A stretch of 64,000 nt of DNA from an uncultured candidate division Zixibacteria bacterium (GTDB lineage Bacteria; Zixibacteria; MSB-5A5; GN15; PGXB01). Made by a program: the position numbers and the translations under genes. The notes under the pieces are model-generated. The model saw only the letters and a program-made list of their open reading frames with translations. It did not search any database and was not told where the DNA came from. The stretch spans positions 256,001-320,000 of the forward strand of contig OY969724.1 in assembly GCA_963702205.1 (NCBI GenBank). Direction: 5' to 3'. Every line of letters starts with the position of its first letter. Within the stretch, counting starts at the first letter, position 1. Below are positions 33,573 to 43,768 of the stretch, one piece after another.

Positions 33573-34070
33573 ATGAACGTATTCGAATTTGCGATGCAAA
33601 TGGAAAAGGACGGTGAGGCGTTTTACCGCAAAATGGCGGATAATGCGGGAAATAATGTTATTAGAAATATCCTGCTCGATCTGGCCGACGACGAAGTCAA
33701 GCATTACAATATTTTCAAAAGATTTCGCGATGGCGACCTGTCCGGCGCCGAGATGATGAAAGACTCGACCAAAGTCATGGAAACGGCCAAAAACGTTTTC
33801 CGTCAGATAGCCGATTCCGGCGACCAGCCGGATTTTTCCGGCGAAGTGGTCACCGCCTGGAAAGAGGCACAGGGAATCGAAAAGAAATCGGAAGACTTTT
33901 ACCGCGAGAAAGCCGGTGAAGAAGACCGACCCGAAGTAAAAAAGACGCTCGACCTGATCGCCGACGAAGAACACAAGCACTGGACACTTATCGAAAACGT
34001 GCTCCATTTCCTGGAACGTCCCAGGCAGTGGCTGGAAAACGCCGAATGGAATGACCTGGAAAATAAGTAA
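33573..34070 (+). CDS. Ferritin-like/rubrerythrin-family protein
   Basis: Duplicated E..FY..LAxxExxH di-iron motifs. Confidence 0.88.
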   Translation: MNVFEFAMQMEKDGEAFYRKMADNAGNNVIRNILLDLADDEVKHYNIFKRFRDGDLSGAEMMKDSTKVMETAKNVFRQIADSGDQPDFSGEVVTAWKEAQGIEKKSEDFYREKAGEEDRPEVKKTLDLIADEEHKHWTLIENVLHFLERPRQWLENAEWNDLENK

Positions 34071-34105
34071 ACCGTACAACCGGAAAGACACATTCGGAGG
34101 ATATC

Positions 34106-35725
34106 ATGGGTAATTATAAAGTGCCGGTTCCGGCCAATGAACCGGTTTATTCATACGCTCCCGGATCGAAAGAAGCATCGCTGCTCAAAAAGGCTCTGGA
34201 CGATCTCAAGGGCCAGAAAATAGATGTCCCGATGATTATCGGCGGCAAGGAAGTCCGCGTCGGCGACCCGGTCAAAATTACCGCGCCGCACGATCACAAT
34301 CTCGTCCTGGGGCAGTCCTATCAGGGCGGCAAGGACGAGATCAACGCGGCCATCGACGCCGCTTTGAAAGCCAAGAAGACGTGGGAGGAATTCCCCTGGC
34401 ACGAGCGCGCCGCTATCTTCAACAAAGCGGCCGAGCTGCTGGCGGGGCCATACCGCTATATCATAAACGCCGCCACCATGCTGGGACACAGCAAGAATGT
34501 CTTCCAGGCGGAAATCGACGCCGTCTGCGAACTGGCCGACTTTTTCCGGTTCAACGTCCATTATGCCGAACAGATTTTCAACATGCAGCCGGGAAACCCG
34601 GCCGCGACCTGGGACCGTCTCGATTACCGCCCGCTGGAAGGCTTCGTGTTCGCCGTGACGCCGTTCAATTTCGTCTCGATTGCAGGCAACCTGCCCACCG
34701 CCCCGGCTATCATGGGCAACACCTGCGTTTGGAAACCGGCGTCGTCGGTGACGTACACCGCTCATTATCTCATGAAAATACTCAAAGAAGCCGGCCTGCC
34801 CGACGGTGTCATCAACATGGTGACCGCTCGCGGGGCCGACGTCGGTGAGTACGTCCTCAAGAACAAGCACCTGGCCGGGATACATTTCACCGGCAGTACG
34901 GCCGTCTTTCAGTCGATGTGGCGGACGGTCGGCGAGAATATCGCGTCATACAAATCGTACCCGCGCATCGTCGGCGAAACCGGCGGCAAAGATTTCGTGT
35001 TCGTACACAATTCCGCCAACGTCAGCGAAGTCGTCACGGCCATCGTCCGGGGAGCCTTCGAGTACCAGGGTCAGAAATGTTCGGCGGCGTCGCGGGCGTA
35101 CATACCGAAATCGCTCTGGCCCAAAATAAAAGACGGTATCCTGGCCGATCTCAAAGAAATCAAAATGGGTGACGTCGAGGATCCCGGCAATTTTATTAAC
35201 GCCATAATCGACAAATCGGCCTATAGTACGATCGTCGAATATATCGACTTCGCCAAAAAGGCATCGGATGCGGAAATAATCGCGGGCGGAAGTTACGACG
35301 ACAGCAAAGGCTATTTCATAGAACCGACCGTGGTCGTGACGACCGATCCCCATTTCCGCCTGATGGAAGAGGAAATATTCGGCCCGGTCATGACGATTTT
35401 CGTGTACGACGATGATAAGTTCGTCGAAACGCTCGAAATTTGCGACCGGACGTCACCGTACGCCCTGACCGGCGCGGTGTTCGCGATCGACCGTCGGGCG
35501 GTACAGCAGGCGGACAAGATTCTTCGCCACGCGGCGGGTAATTTCTATATCAACGACAAGCCGACCGGTGCCGTCGTGGCCCAGCAGCCGTTCGGGGGCG
35601 CGCGTGCCTCGGGCACCAACGACAAGGCCGGATCTCTTCTGAACATGATTCGCTGGACGTCGCCTCGAACGATAAAAGAAAGCTTCATCCCGCCCAGGAA
35701 CTACAAATACCCGTTTATGGGATAA
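34106..35725 (+). CDS. pruA: L-glutamate gamma-semialdehyde (P5C) dehydrogenase
   Basis: NEPVYSYAPGS, FTGST, GETGGKDF, FEYQGQKCSA, NDKPTGAVV, ASGTNDKAG. Confidence 0.95.
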   Translation: MGNYKVPVPANEPVYSYAPGSKEASLLKKALDDLKGQKIDVPMIIGGKEVRVGDPVKITAPHDHNLVLGQSYQGGKDEINAAIDAALKAKKTWEEFPWHERAAIFNKAAELLAGPYRYIINAATMLGHSKNVFQAEIDAVCELADFFRFNVHYAEQIFNMQPGNPAATWDRLDYRPLEGFVFAVTPFNFVSIAGNLPTAPAIMGNTCVWKPASSVTYTAHYLMKILKEAGLPDGVINMVTARGADVGEYVLKNKHLAGIHFTGSTAVFQSMWRTVGENIASYKSYPRIVGETGGKDFVFVHNSANVSEVVTAIVRGAFEYQGQKCSAASRAYIPKSLWPKIKDGILADLKEIKMGDVEDPGNFINAIIDKSAYSTIVEYIDFAKKASDAEIIAGGSYDDSKGYFIEPTVVVTTDPHFRLMEEEIFGPVMTIFVYDDDKFVETLEICDRTSPYALTGAVFAIDRRAVQQADKILRHAAGNFYINDKPTGAVVAQQPFGGARASGTNDKAGSLLNMIRWTSPRTIKESFIPPRNYKYPFMG

Positions 35726-35754
35726 GTCAATCGAAAATTCGAAAGGACATATTG

Positions 35755-37266
35755 ATGAGCGCACAAAACGCCTATGATGAACTTATCGCACTGGTAAAAG
35801 AATTGAACCTGCTCGGCTCCTGTGCCGCCGTGCTGGGCTGGGACGAACGCACGTACATGCCCCGGGGCGGCGCCGAAAACCGGGCCAAACAGCTGGCTTT
35901 GTTGTCGGGCATGATTCACGAGAAATTCACGACGCCTAAAGTCGGCGAGCTTCTGTCCGAAGTCGAAGGCTCGGACCTCGTCAAGGACGAGCTGTCCGAT
36001 GCGGCCGTCAACGTCCGTGAAATTCGACGGGAGTACGACCGTGAAGTCAAAGTCCCGACAAAGCTGGTCGAGGACATCACGCACACATGCACCATCTCGC
36101 AGGGTGTCTGGGCCGAGGCCCGTCAGAAATCGGACTTCCCAAAATTCTATCCCTATCTCGAAAAAATCGTCGGGCTGCGTAAAGAGCAGGCCGAGTACTA
36201 TGGTTACGATAAAGAAGCGTACGACGCCCATCTTGAAAGCTACGAGCCCGGTGCCACATACGAGAGCGTCAGCAAGGTTTTCGAGTCGTTCCGCAAGGAA
36301 CTGGTCGATCTGGTCGAGGCCATTAACAATTCTCCGAAACGCCCCAACATGCAGATAATCGAGCAGGACTATCCAGTCGACGGACAGAAAATGTTCGGCG
36401 CCTCGGCGTCGGCCGCCATCGGTTTCAACATGTTAGATGGCCGTCTCGATGAAACCACGCACCCGTTCTGTTCCGGGATGGGAGTCGGTGACTGCCGGAT
36501 TACGACGCGCTACAATCCGAAGCATTTCGGCCAGGCCTTTTTCGGGACGCTGCACGAATCAGGACACGGCATATACGAACAGGGACTTCCGAAAGAGCAT
36601 TACGGTACACCGCGCGGCGAATCGGTATCGCTGGGAATCCATGAATCGCAGTCACGCATGTGGGAAAACCTGGTCGGGCGCTCCAAACCGTTCTGGAAGC
36701 ACTTCTTCCCGCGCGCTCAGCAGGCCTTTCCGGCGGCGCTGGGGAAAGTTGCGTTCGACGATTTCTTTTTCGCCATAAACGACGTGCGGCCGTCGTTCAT
36801 CCGGGTCGAAGCCGATGAGGTGACGTACAACCTCCACATCCTGCTGCGTTTCGAGATCGAACACGCCTTTTTCAAGGGTGACCTTCAGCCCAAAGATGTG
36901 CCCGGCGTCTGGAACGAAAACTTCAAGAAATATTTCGGGATTGAGCCGCCCGACGACGCCACCGGCTGTCTTCAGGACATTCACTGGTCGTGGGGGCTGA
37001 TCGGCTATTTCCCGACGTACACACTGGGCAACCTCTACTCGGCTCAGTTCTTCGCCAAAGCCAAAGAAGAAATGCCCGACCTCGAAAAGCAGTTCGCGAT
37101 CGGCGATTTCTCTTCGCTTAAAAAATGGCTGAACCAAAAGATACATTCCAATGGGCGTAAATACCGCGCGGAAAAACTGGTTGAAGTCGTCACCGGCAAG
37201 CCTCTGAGCCATGTACCGATGATGAGCTATTTGAAAAAGAAGTACGGCGAGCTGTACGGAGTGTAA
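35755..37266 (+). CDS. Carboxypeptidase M32 (Taq-like)
   Basis: HPFC, HESGH, HESQ, IRVEADEVTY, QDIHWS, GYFPTY. Confidence 0.95.
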   Translation: MSAQNAYDELIALVKELNLLGSCAAVLGWDERTYMPRGGAENRAKQLALLSGMIHEKFTTPKVGELLSEVEGSDLVKDELSDAAVNVREIRREYDREVKVPTKLVEDITHTCTISQGVWAEARQKSDFPKFYPYLEKIVGLRKEQAEYYGYDKEAYDAHLESYEPGATYESVSKVFESFRKELVDLVEAINNSPKRPNMQIIEQDYPVDGQKMFGASASAAIGFNMLDGRLDETTHPFCSGMGVGDCRITTRYNPKHFGQAFFGTLHESGHGIYEQGLPKEHYGTPRGESVSLGIHESQSRMWENLVGRSKPFWKHFFPRAQQAFPAALGKVAFDDFFFAINDVRPSFIRVEADEVTYNLHILLRFEIEHAFFKGDLQPKDVPGVWNENFKKYFGIEPPDDATGCLQDIHWSWGLIGYFPTYTLGNLYSAQFFAKAKEEMPDLEKQFAIGDFSSLKKWLNQKIHSNGRKYRAEKLVEVVTGKPLSHVPMMSYLKKKYGELYGV

Positions 37267-37293
37267 TTGCGATCCATACACCGATTATTTTGC

Positions 37294-37320
37294 AGGCGGG
37301 ATTAAAGATCAATCCCGCCT
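37294..37320. terminator. Hairpin between convergent genes
   Basis: AGGCGGGATT-N7-AATCCCGCCT. Confidence 0.65.
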
Positions 37321-37323
37321 TAT

Positions 37324-37560
37324 TTAATTTTCGCCGAGCTTCAGCGAATGCCGGCTATAGTACAAATACACGCTGAACCGTACCAGCCCGAAGACCGGTA
37401 TCATGATTATCAGAAACCAGGGCGTCTCGTGATGCAGCAGGTTCCAGCCGATCATGCCGAGCCAAACCAGACCGACAATCATAAGCGTCACGCGGTTAGC
37501 CAGAAGCCAGCCCAGCCTTTGCCGCTCATCCATTTTTAACAGGTTCATTTCGTTTTTCAT
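37324..37560 (-). CDS. Small membrane protein, hypothetical
   Basis: Contains a DER motif and two TM helices; coupled to the upstream XRE gene. Confidence 0.7.
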   Translation of the reverse strand: MKNEMNLLKMDERQRLGWLLANRVTLMIVGLVWLGMIGWNLLHHETPWFLIIMIPVFGLVRFSVYLYYSRHSLKLGEN

Positions 37561-37561
37561 A

Positions 37562-37771
37562 TCAACTGCTATCCGTAAGTTCAAAAAGTTCGTCGACCTT
37601 CATCCCCAGCACGCGCGCGATTTTAAACATCAGAATTCCCGATGGTCCGTAAGATCCCTTTTCCAGCGCCAGAATCGTCTGCCTTCGCACCCCGACTTTT
37701 TCGGCCAAATCCTGCTGGGTAAGATTCAGCCGAGCCCGGTGCTGTTTGATGTGGTTCTTCAGTTCAGTCAT
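37562..37771 (-). CDS. XRE-family HTH regulator
   Basis: LTQQDLAEKVGVRRQTILALEKG. Confidence 0.9.
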   Translation of the reverse strand: MTELKNHIKQHRARLNLTQQDLAEKVGVRRQTILALEKGSYGPSGILMFKIARVLGMKVDELFELTDSS

Positions 37772-37801
37772 ATATACTCCGCTATATGTCGCCCTATGCA
37801 A

Positions 37802-37834
37802 ACATAATGTAATATATATCGCACATTATGTCAA
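37802..37834 (-). promoter_or_regulatory. Sigma70 promoter with overlapping inverted-repeat operator
   Basis: Minus TTGACA (37834-37829), 17 bp, TACATT; overlapped by ACATAATGT-N12-ACATTATGT. Confidence 0.65.
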
Positions 37835-37913
37835 GACAACTTAACGCTTTTTTCGGCATAATTTTGCTATTTTTGACTTTCGTTTATCCGCAAATGGCCG
37901 ATATATAGAAAGA

Positions 37914-38339
37914 ATGATAGATTCTGATAATCTCATTATAGATTTTGACGGGGCTAAACGGATTTTGCATCTCTCGGCAAAGACACCTGTACCCGTCCGC
38001 ACCGAGTCGGAGCTCGACCTGATGTGCGGCACGGTTTATAATATTCTGGATAAGCTGTGCGAGAGCGACCGGGTCTATATGATCGTCGATATCGGTAAGA
38101 TCATAATTGATCCCAAGCTGGCCGAAAAATACGCCGCCAAGATTCAGACGTTAAAAGAGAAATTTATTTATCGCGGCGGCATGGCCCGCTATGGAATGAA
38201 TATGACGAGGGTCACGATTATGATTGGCTATAAAATGCATCTGCTCGACGAACAGAATATTTTCCTGAGCTATGATGCTGCCCGACGCTATATAGACTCG
38301 CTCGCCACCGGGACCGTTCAACCGGCCGATAAAACCTGA
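37914..38339 (+). CDS. Hypothetical protein (possible STAS/SEC14-like fold)
   Basis: YMIVD and terminal FLSYDAARRYI pattern; the fold is an inference. Confidence 0.55.
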   Translation: MIDSDNLIIDFDGAKRILHLSAKTPVPVRTESELDLMCGTVYNILDKLCESDRVYMIVDIGKIIIDPKLAEKYAAKIQTLKEKFIYRGGMARYGMNMTRVTIMIGYKMHLLDEQNIFLSYDAARRYIDSLATGTVQPADKT

Positions 38340-38366
38340 CAAGTCTTGATTCCGTAAGATCAGGTT

Positions 38367-40059
38367 TTAATGTTTCGGCAATCCCCAGATTTCCCAGAAC
38401 AAACGCGGCGGGATGGCGCCTTCGGCCATCAGTTTATCGTGGAAGCCGCGCAAAGTATAGCCGTCGCCTTCGGCCTTTTTCAAAGCCTCACGCAACGCCA
38501 TAATTTCCATTTTCCCCGTCAGGTAGCTCATGGGGACGGTCGGTTCCAGGCAATAGTAGTTTATTTCCTGCCTCATACCGGTGGTGTCGCCGTCGAACTG
38601 ATTGGCCATCCAGACCAGGACGCTTTCGACCGGCTCTTTGCGGGCGTGGAGCTTGACATCGGCCATGATGCGCGCCGCCCGGAACTTGATCCCGCCCAGT
38701 ATTCTTAAATAGCTGCGATCATCGTTTCCGTAAAAGCCCTGATCGTACATCATCTGCTCGCAGTACAGCGCCCAGCCCTCGTAGAAACAGGCGTTTTCCA
38801 CCCATTTGCGCAGCCGGCTGTGCAGCCGGGCCGCCATCTGAAATTGGTAATGGTGCCCCGGATAGGCCTCGTGCACGACGCTGCCTTTGAAGCCCCGCCG
38901 CTGGATGTAGCGATAGTAGGCCTCGCGTTGACCCTCATCGAGCGTGTCCGGGATCGGACGCACGTAAAAATATCCGGTTTGATCGTGGTTGAAGGTCCCC
39001 GGAGGATTATAGGCGACCGAGGAAATGACGTTTCTCAAAAACCGGGGCGTCTCGACGACGACGCATTTGCCGATGTCGTCGGGTATGGTCAGTATATCGT
39101 GCTGTATCAAAAAGGCCTTGGTCTGACGCACTTCCCAGGCATAATAGTCAAGCATGTCCTGCTTCTCGACGCATTTCAGAATGAACACCGAGTCGCCGGA
39201 ATTTTCGTTTTCGAGTCGGTTCATACATTCGTCATAGGCCGAATCCGACCAGGCCAGCATGGTCTGACCGATATTGTAAAGTGAGTCGGAGTCAATATTC
39301 ATGAAGTACTGGTGTGCCAGTCGATAGTCGAAGTCCTGTTTGCCCATCGCAAAGGCCGAGGGCTCGCCACGCTCGATTTCATTCAAAAACGTCCCGAAAT
39401 CCCTTAAGGCGTCGACCGCCCTGGCCGTATTGGCCGAAAGTTCGTTCGAAAGCGCCGGAAGTTCGGGTACTGAACTGGTCGCGAACCGATTCGAAGAAGG
39501 TTATCACGTCCTGGATCGTCTCCAATGCGAGATCGGTATAGATCGGGGCCGGTTTTTTCAGATTACGCTTCGCCTGGTCGAACAGGTCGGACAAGACTTT
39601 CAGGCGGGCGTTTATATTCTGCGCCCGCTCGTTTATCGGGGCGTGATGCGAAATGGCTATGGAATATATTCCCTGCATGGCGGTGTTGACGTACAGGTAC
39701 GGATTAATGGTGTACCATTTAAGTTTTTGAAGATCGTGCATGGCGACGTCGACCTCGCTTTTGAGCAGCTTGAGGTCGATTCGGTGTTCGGGAGACAGGT
39801 CGCTATTGCGATATTTGCGCAGCCTTTGTTCGAATTTCTTGAGGTCGGAGATTTCGCCGCGAATCGACGAACTCGAAAAGTCCGGCAGAAGATAATCATA
39901 TTCGTGGATGCCTTTGCCGGAGGCCTGGACGGGGTAGAATTTCTGGAGATTGTCGAGGACTTCATCGGTCAGCGACATGAAATTTCGCTCCAGCTTGCTC
40001 TGGGCCGAGACCGGCACGGCCAGAGTCGATATGAATATCAAAATCAAAATATTTTTCAC
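38367..40059 (-). CDS. DUF885-family secreted protein, apparent +1 frameshift at about 39466
   Basis: Signal peptide, HEAYPGHH and EGWALYCE; removing one base at 39465-39467 joins the two ORFs (QFSTELPALSNEL). Confidence 0.85.
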
Positions 40060-40074
40060 GCTTCCTCCGAATAT

Positions 40075-41454
40075 TCAATTTCTGCTTAACTGCGCCACGA
40101 GCTCAATATGCATCGTGTGCGGAAACATGTCAACCGGGATAACTTTATTCAGGCCGTACCCGGCGTCGACCAGGGCCCGGGCGTCCCGCGCGAACGTGGC
40201 CGGATTACACGATATAAAAACCAATTTCGGCGGGAAGAAATTTATCAGGTGTTTTAAGGCTTTGGGGTGCATCCCGGCGCGGGGCGGGTCGAGAATCACG
40301 ACCTGCTGGTCCTGAAATACTCCGGGGTTATCGCGCATCAGATCCTGAACCGACCCGGATAAAAGTTTTATGTTTTCAATGCCGTTGAGATCGGCGTTCT
40401 GGCGCGCGGCTTCTATCGCCGACGGTTCCAGCTCGACCCCGGTGACGAAACCGGCTTTCTGCGAGGCACAAATGCCGATGGTGCCGGTTCCGCAGTACAG
40501 GTCCATGACGCGCTCGTCGCCGTCCAGTTCGGCCAGATCGAGGGCGGTACGGTACAGCGTTTCGGCCTGGCGGGGATTTGTCTGGAAAAACGAATTGGCG
40601 TACAGCCGGAATTTGAGGCCCAGGACCTCTTCGGTGATGTATCCGTCGCCGTAAAGGATCGACTCGGTCTCCCCTTTGGCGACATTTGACGGTGTGTCGT
40701 TGGTATTGTGCAATATCGTGGCGATGTCCCCGAAACGAGTTGTTGCCTCGCCTACCAGTTCATCGCGATGCGGCAGGGGGCCGTCGGTGGTGACGACGTT
40801 AATCATAAATTTCCCGGTTGCGAACGACCGCCGCACGACCAGAAATCGCATATAGCCGGTATGTGCCCGGACGTTATATACGGATATTTCGTGACGTCTG
40901 ACAAAATCCCGAAACCAGTGCAGGATTTCATCGGCACGATCGACCTGCAGGAAACACCGATCGACGTCGAAGATGCGGTCGAAATGGCCGCGTTCGTGCA
41001 AACCGACGGTGAACTCGGGGCCTTCATCGGCGGCGTTGAACGAAAATTCCATTTTATTGCGGTAATGAAATATATCCGGCGCGGGGATAATTTGGTCGAC
41101 CGGAAATTCCTTGAACAGCCCGATATGTTCCAGACAGTCTTTGACCTGTTTTTCTTTATAGTGCAGTTGTTTTTCGTACTGCAGGTCCTGCCAGGTACAT
41201 CCGCCGCAAATATCGAAATGCGAGCATGGCGGCTGCACCCGCTCGGGCGAGGCTTCGATAATTTTCTCCACCCGGCCGATAATGTATTTCCGGCGGTTTT
41301 TGACCACCCGAGCCGAAACCCGCTCGCCGGGCAGGCCGCGATCCAAAAAGATAATTTTGCCGTCGATATTGCCCAGGGCCTTGCCGTCGAATGCCAGATC
41401 GGTGACGTCGACCTCGTGAACCGTAAACGGCTGTATTTTCCTGGGAGAATCCAA
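40075..41454 (-). CDS. rlmD: 23S rRNA m5U1939 methyltransferase
   Basis: TRAM domain, CSHFDICGGC, SFFQTN, DPPRAG, SCNPATF, DMFPHTMHIE. Confidence 0.93.
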   Translation of the reverse strand: MDSPRKIQPFTVHEVDVTDLAFDGKALGNIDGKIIFLDRGLPGERVSARVVKNRRKYIIGRVEKIIEASPERVQPPCSHFDICGGCTWQDLQYEKQLHYKEKQVKDCLEHIGLFKEFPVDQIIPAPDIFHYRNKMEFSFNAADEGPEFTVGLHERGHFDRIFDVDRCFLQVDRADEILHWFRDFVRRHEISVYNVRAHTGYMRFLVVRRSFATGKFMINVVTTDGPLPHRDELVGEATTRFGDIATILHNTNDTPSNVAKGETESILYGDGYITEEVLGLKFRLYANSFFQTNPRQAETLYRTALDLAELDGDERVMDLYCGTGTIGICASQKAGFVTGVELEPSAIEAARQNADLNGIENIKLLSGSVQDLMRDNPGVFQDQQVVILDPPRAGMHPKALKHLINFFPPKLVFISCNPATFARDARALVDAGYGLNKVIPVDMFPHTMHIELVAQLSRN

Positions 41455-41456
41455 TA

Positions 41457-42773
41457 TTATTTTCTGTCCGTTTTTTCCGCGGTGGTTTTTTCAATTTTCA
41501 ACCGGACAATCCGGTTGCCCTTGATTTCAAGGACCCTGAAAAGGACGGCGCCGATTTTGACGGTCTCGCCTTTATTGGGCATATGCCCCAGCGCCTCAAT
41601 GACCAGCCCACCCAGCGTATCGGGGCCTTTTTCGTCGAGGTCCGTCCCGAAATCGTCGTTCAGCTCATCGACCCGGAGAGTGCCGGCGGCGTAGGCGACG
41701 CTGCGCGTCTCCCGCACGAATTCATTGGCGTCGCGGTCGTGCTCGTCGTGGATCTCGCCGACTATTTCCTCCAGCAGATCTTCGAGCGTGATCATACCGG
41801 CCGTCCCGCCGAATTCATCGAGCACTATCGCCGCGTGGACCCTCTTCTGCTGAAAGGTCCTGAGCAGGCTGGTCAGCATCATGGAGTCCGGTACGAACAG
41901 CGCTTTTTTTATGACGTCGTTAATGTTTATCTTTTCTCCCTGGTGCAGTGTACTTATGACGTCCTTGGTATATAAAATGCCCTCGATATGATCGAGCGTC
42001 TCGCGGTACACCGGGTAGCGCGAAAAGCCGCTCTCGGACATCATGCGGACTATTTTATCCTGCTTGTCACCGATTTCGATGCCGATAATGTCGGTTCGCG
42101 GTGTCATAGCCTTGCGGGCGGTAACGTCGGTGAAATCGAACACCGAATGAATCAGCTTCTGTTCGGTTTCGTCGAAGACACCAACCTCCCGGCCCTCGGC
42201 GATGATAATGTTTATATCGTCTTCGTTGATAGTACTGCGCTGCGAGATTTGAGTGAATCCCAAAAGTCGGGCGATGCGTTTCGACGTCGCCGACAGCAAG
42301 CGGACCACGACCGATCCCAGAGCCGTGAAGACGGTCATGGGGCCGGCTACGACCGAGGCTATTTTTTCCGGGTTGGAAAGCGCGATATATTTGGGGACCA
42401 GTTCGCCCAGCACGGCCGACAAAAAAGAAATCCCGACAACGACGACAAACAAGGCCAGCGGTCGGGCCGATTTGGCGACTATGCCGATCGGGATATTTTT
42501 AAAAACGGGCACCAGAAGATTGACTATGGTCACGCCGCTGAAGACACCGGCAAACGTCCCGACGAAAGTAATCCCGACCTGCACCGCGGCGAGGAATTTC
42601 TCCGGGTTGGCGTGTATCCTGACCGCCTTGGCCGAACCGCGGTGGCCTTCCTTCGACATGCGTTTGAGCCTGGCGTGACGGCTGGCAATAATAGAAAATT
42701 CCGACAACGCGAAGAAGCCGTTGGCCAGAATTAACATAAAGATCGCCAGGATTTCGATGAAATTGTTATGCAT
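41457..42773 (-). CDS. Hemolysin/CNNM-family protein (DUF21-CBS-CorC)
   Basis: [35 protein letters not shown]. Confidence 0.92.
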   Translation of the reverse strand: MHNNFIEILAIFMLILANGFFALSEFSIIASRHARLKRMSKEGHRGSAKAVRIHANPEKFLAAVQVGITFVGTFAGVFSGVTIVNLLVPVFKNIPIGIVAKSARPLALFVVVVGISFLSAVLGELVPKYIALSNPEKIASVVAGPMTVFTALGSVVVRLLSATSKRIARLLGFTQISQRSTINEDDINIIIAEGREVGVFDETEQKLIHSVFDFTDVTARKAMTPRTDIIGIEIGDKQDKIVRMMSESGFSRYPVYRETLDHIEGILYTKDVISTLHQGEKININDVIKKALFVPDSMMLTSLLRTFQQKRVHAAIVLDEFGGTAGMITLEDLLEEIVGEIHDEHDRDANEFVRETRSVAYAAGTLRVDELNDDFGTDLDEKGPDTLGGLVIEALGHMPNKGETVKIGAVLFRVLEIKGNRIVRLKIEKTTAEKTDRK

Positions 42774-42794
42774 CGGTTTTATGCAAACCGCCCA

Positions 42795-43640
42795 TTATAG
42801 CCCCATCGCCTTCTTCCGCAGCCGTTCGACCCGTTCTTCCACCGGCGGATGAGTCGAGAACAGCGACGCGATTCCTTTGCCCGACAGAGGATTCGATATA
42901 AACAGATGAGCCGTCGCGGGATGCCGGTCAAGATTCATGCGCACCGGGCTGGTATGGAGTTTCTCAAGAGCCCGGGCGAGAGGAAGATATTGCCCCGTTA
43001 TTCGTCCGCCCTCGGCATCGGCCTTGAACTCCCGCGAGCGTGATATCGCCATCTGTATCATAAGAGCCGCCAGCGGAGCGACGATCGCGGCGACCAAAAG
43101 ACCGAGCGGGTTATTGCGCTCGTTACTGCGCGAAAATCCCCCGAAAATCATCGCCCAGCGAGCCATCGACGCCAGAATACCTATAGCTCCGGCCAATGTC
43201 GCGGCGATAGTCCCGATCAGCATGTCTTTATTTTTTATATGCGACAGTTCGTGCCCGATAACGCCTTCCAGTTCGGCGTCATCGAGAAGGTCGAGGATAC
43301 CCTCGGTCGCGGCTACGGCGGCGTGATGTTCATTACGCCCGGTCGCGAAAGCATTGGGGGCGCGGCTCGGTATCGTGTATACTTTCGGCATCGGCAGACC
43401 GGCCTTTTGCGCGGTCGTGCTGACTATGCGGTACAGGCGGCCGTTCGATGATGCCGTCACTTCGATGGCGCGATACATTTTCAAAACGACTTTATCCGAA
43501 AACCAGTATGAGAAAAAATTCATAACGATCGCCAGGCCAAAAGCTATCACCATGCCGTTTTGCCCGCCCAGCTTGTACCCGACACCGACAAACAGCAGGG
43601 TCAAAGCCAGCAATAAGAATGTAACTTTCAGCGCGTTCAT
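42795..43640 (-). CDS. htpX: Zinc metalloprotease HtpX
   Basis: PNAFATGR, HELSH, SRSREFKAD, FSTHPP. Confidence 0.95.
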   Translation of the reverse strand: MNALKVTFLLLALTLLFVGVGYKLGGQNGMVIAFGLAIVMNFFSYWFSDKVVLKMYRAIEVTASSNGRLYRIVSTTAQKAGLPMPKVYTIPSRAPNAFATGRNEHHAAVAATEGILDLLDDAELEGVIGHELSHIKNKDMLIGTIAATLAGAIGILASMARWAMIFGGFSRSNERNNPLGLLVAAIVAPLAALMIQMAISRSREFKADAEGGRITGQYLPLARALEKLHTSPVRMNLDRHPATAHLFISNPLSGKGIASLFSTHPPVEERVERLRKKAMGL

Positions 43641-43768
43641 TTATTTACCTCGTCAAATGCATAATAAAGCGGCTCTATGAGCCGGTCAATTATTTTCCAT
43701 ATTATTAAACGCTTAAATAAACGGGAAGTTTTTGAATTCGGATGGCGCCCAAAGTGCGAGCGGAGTCA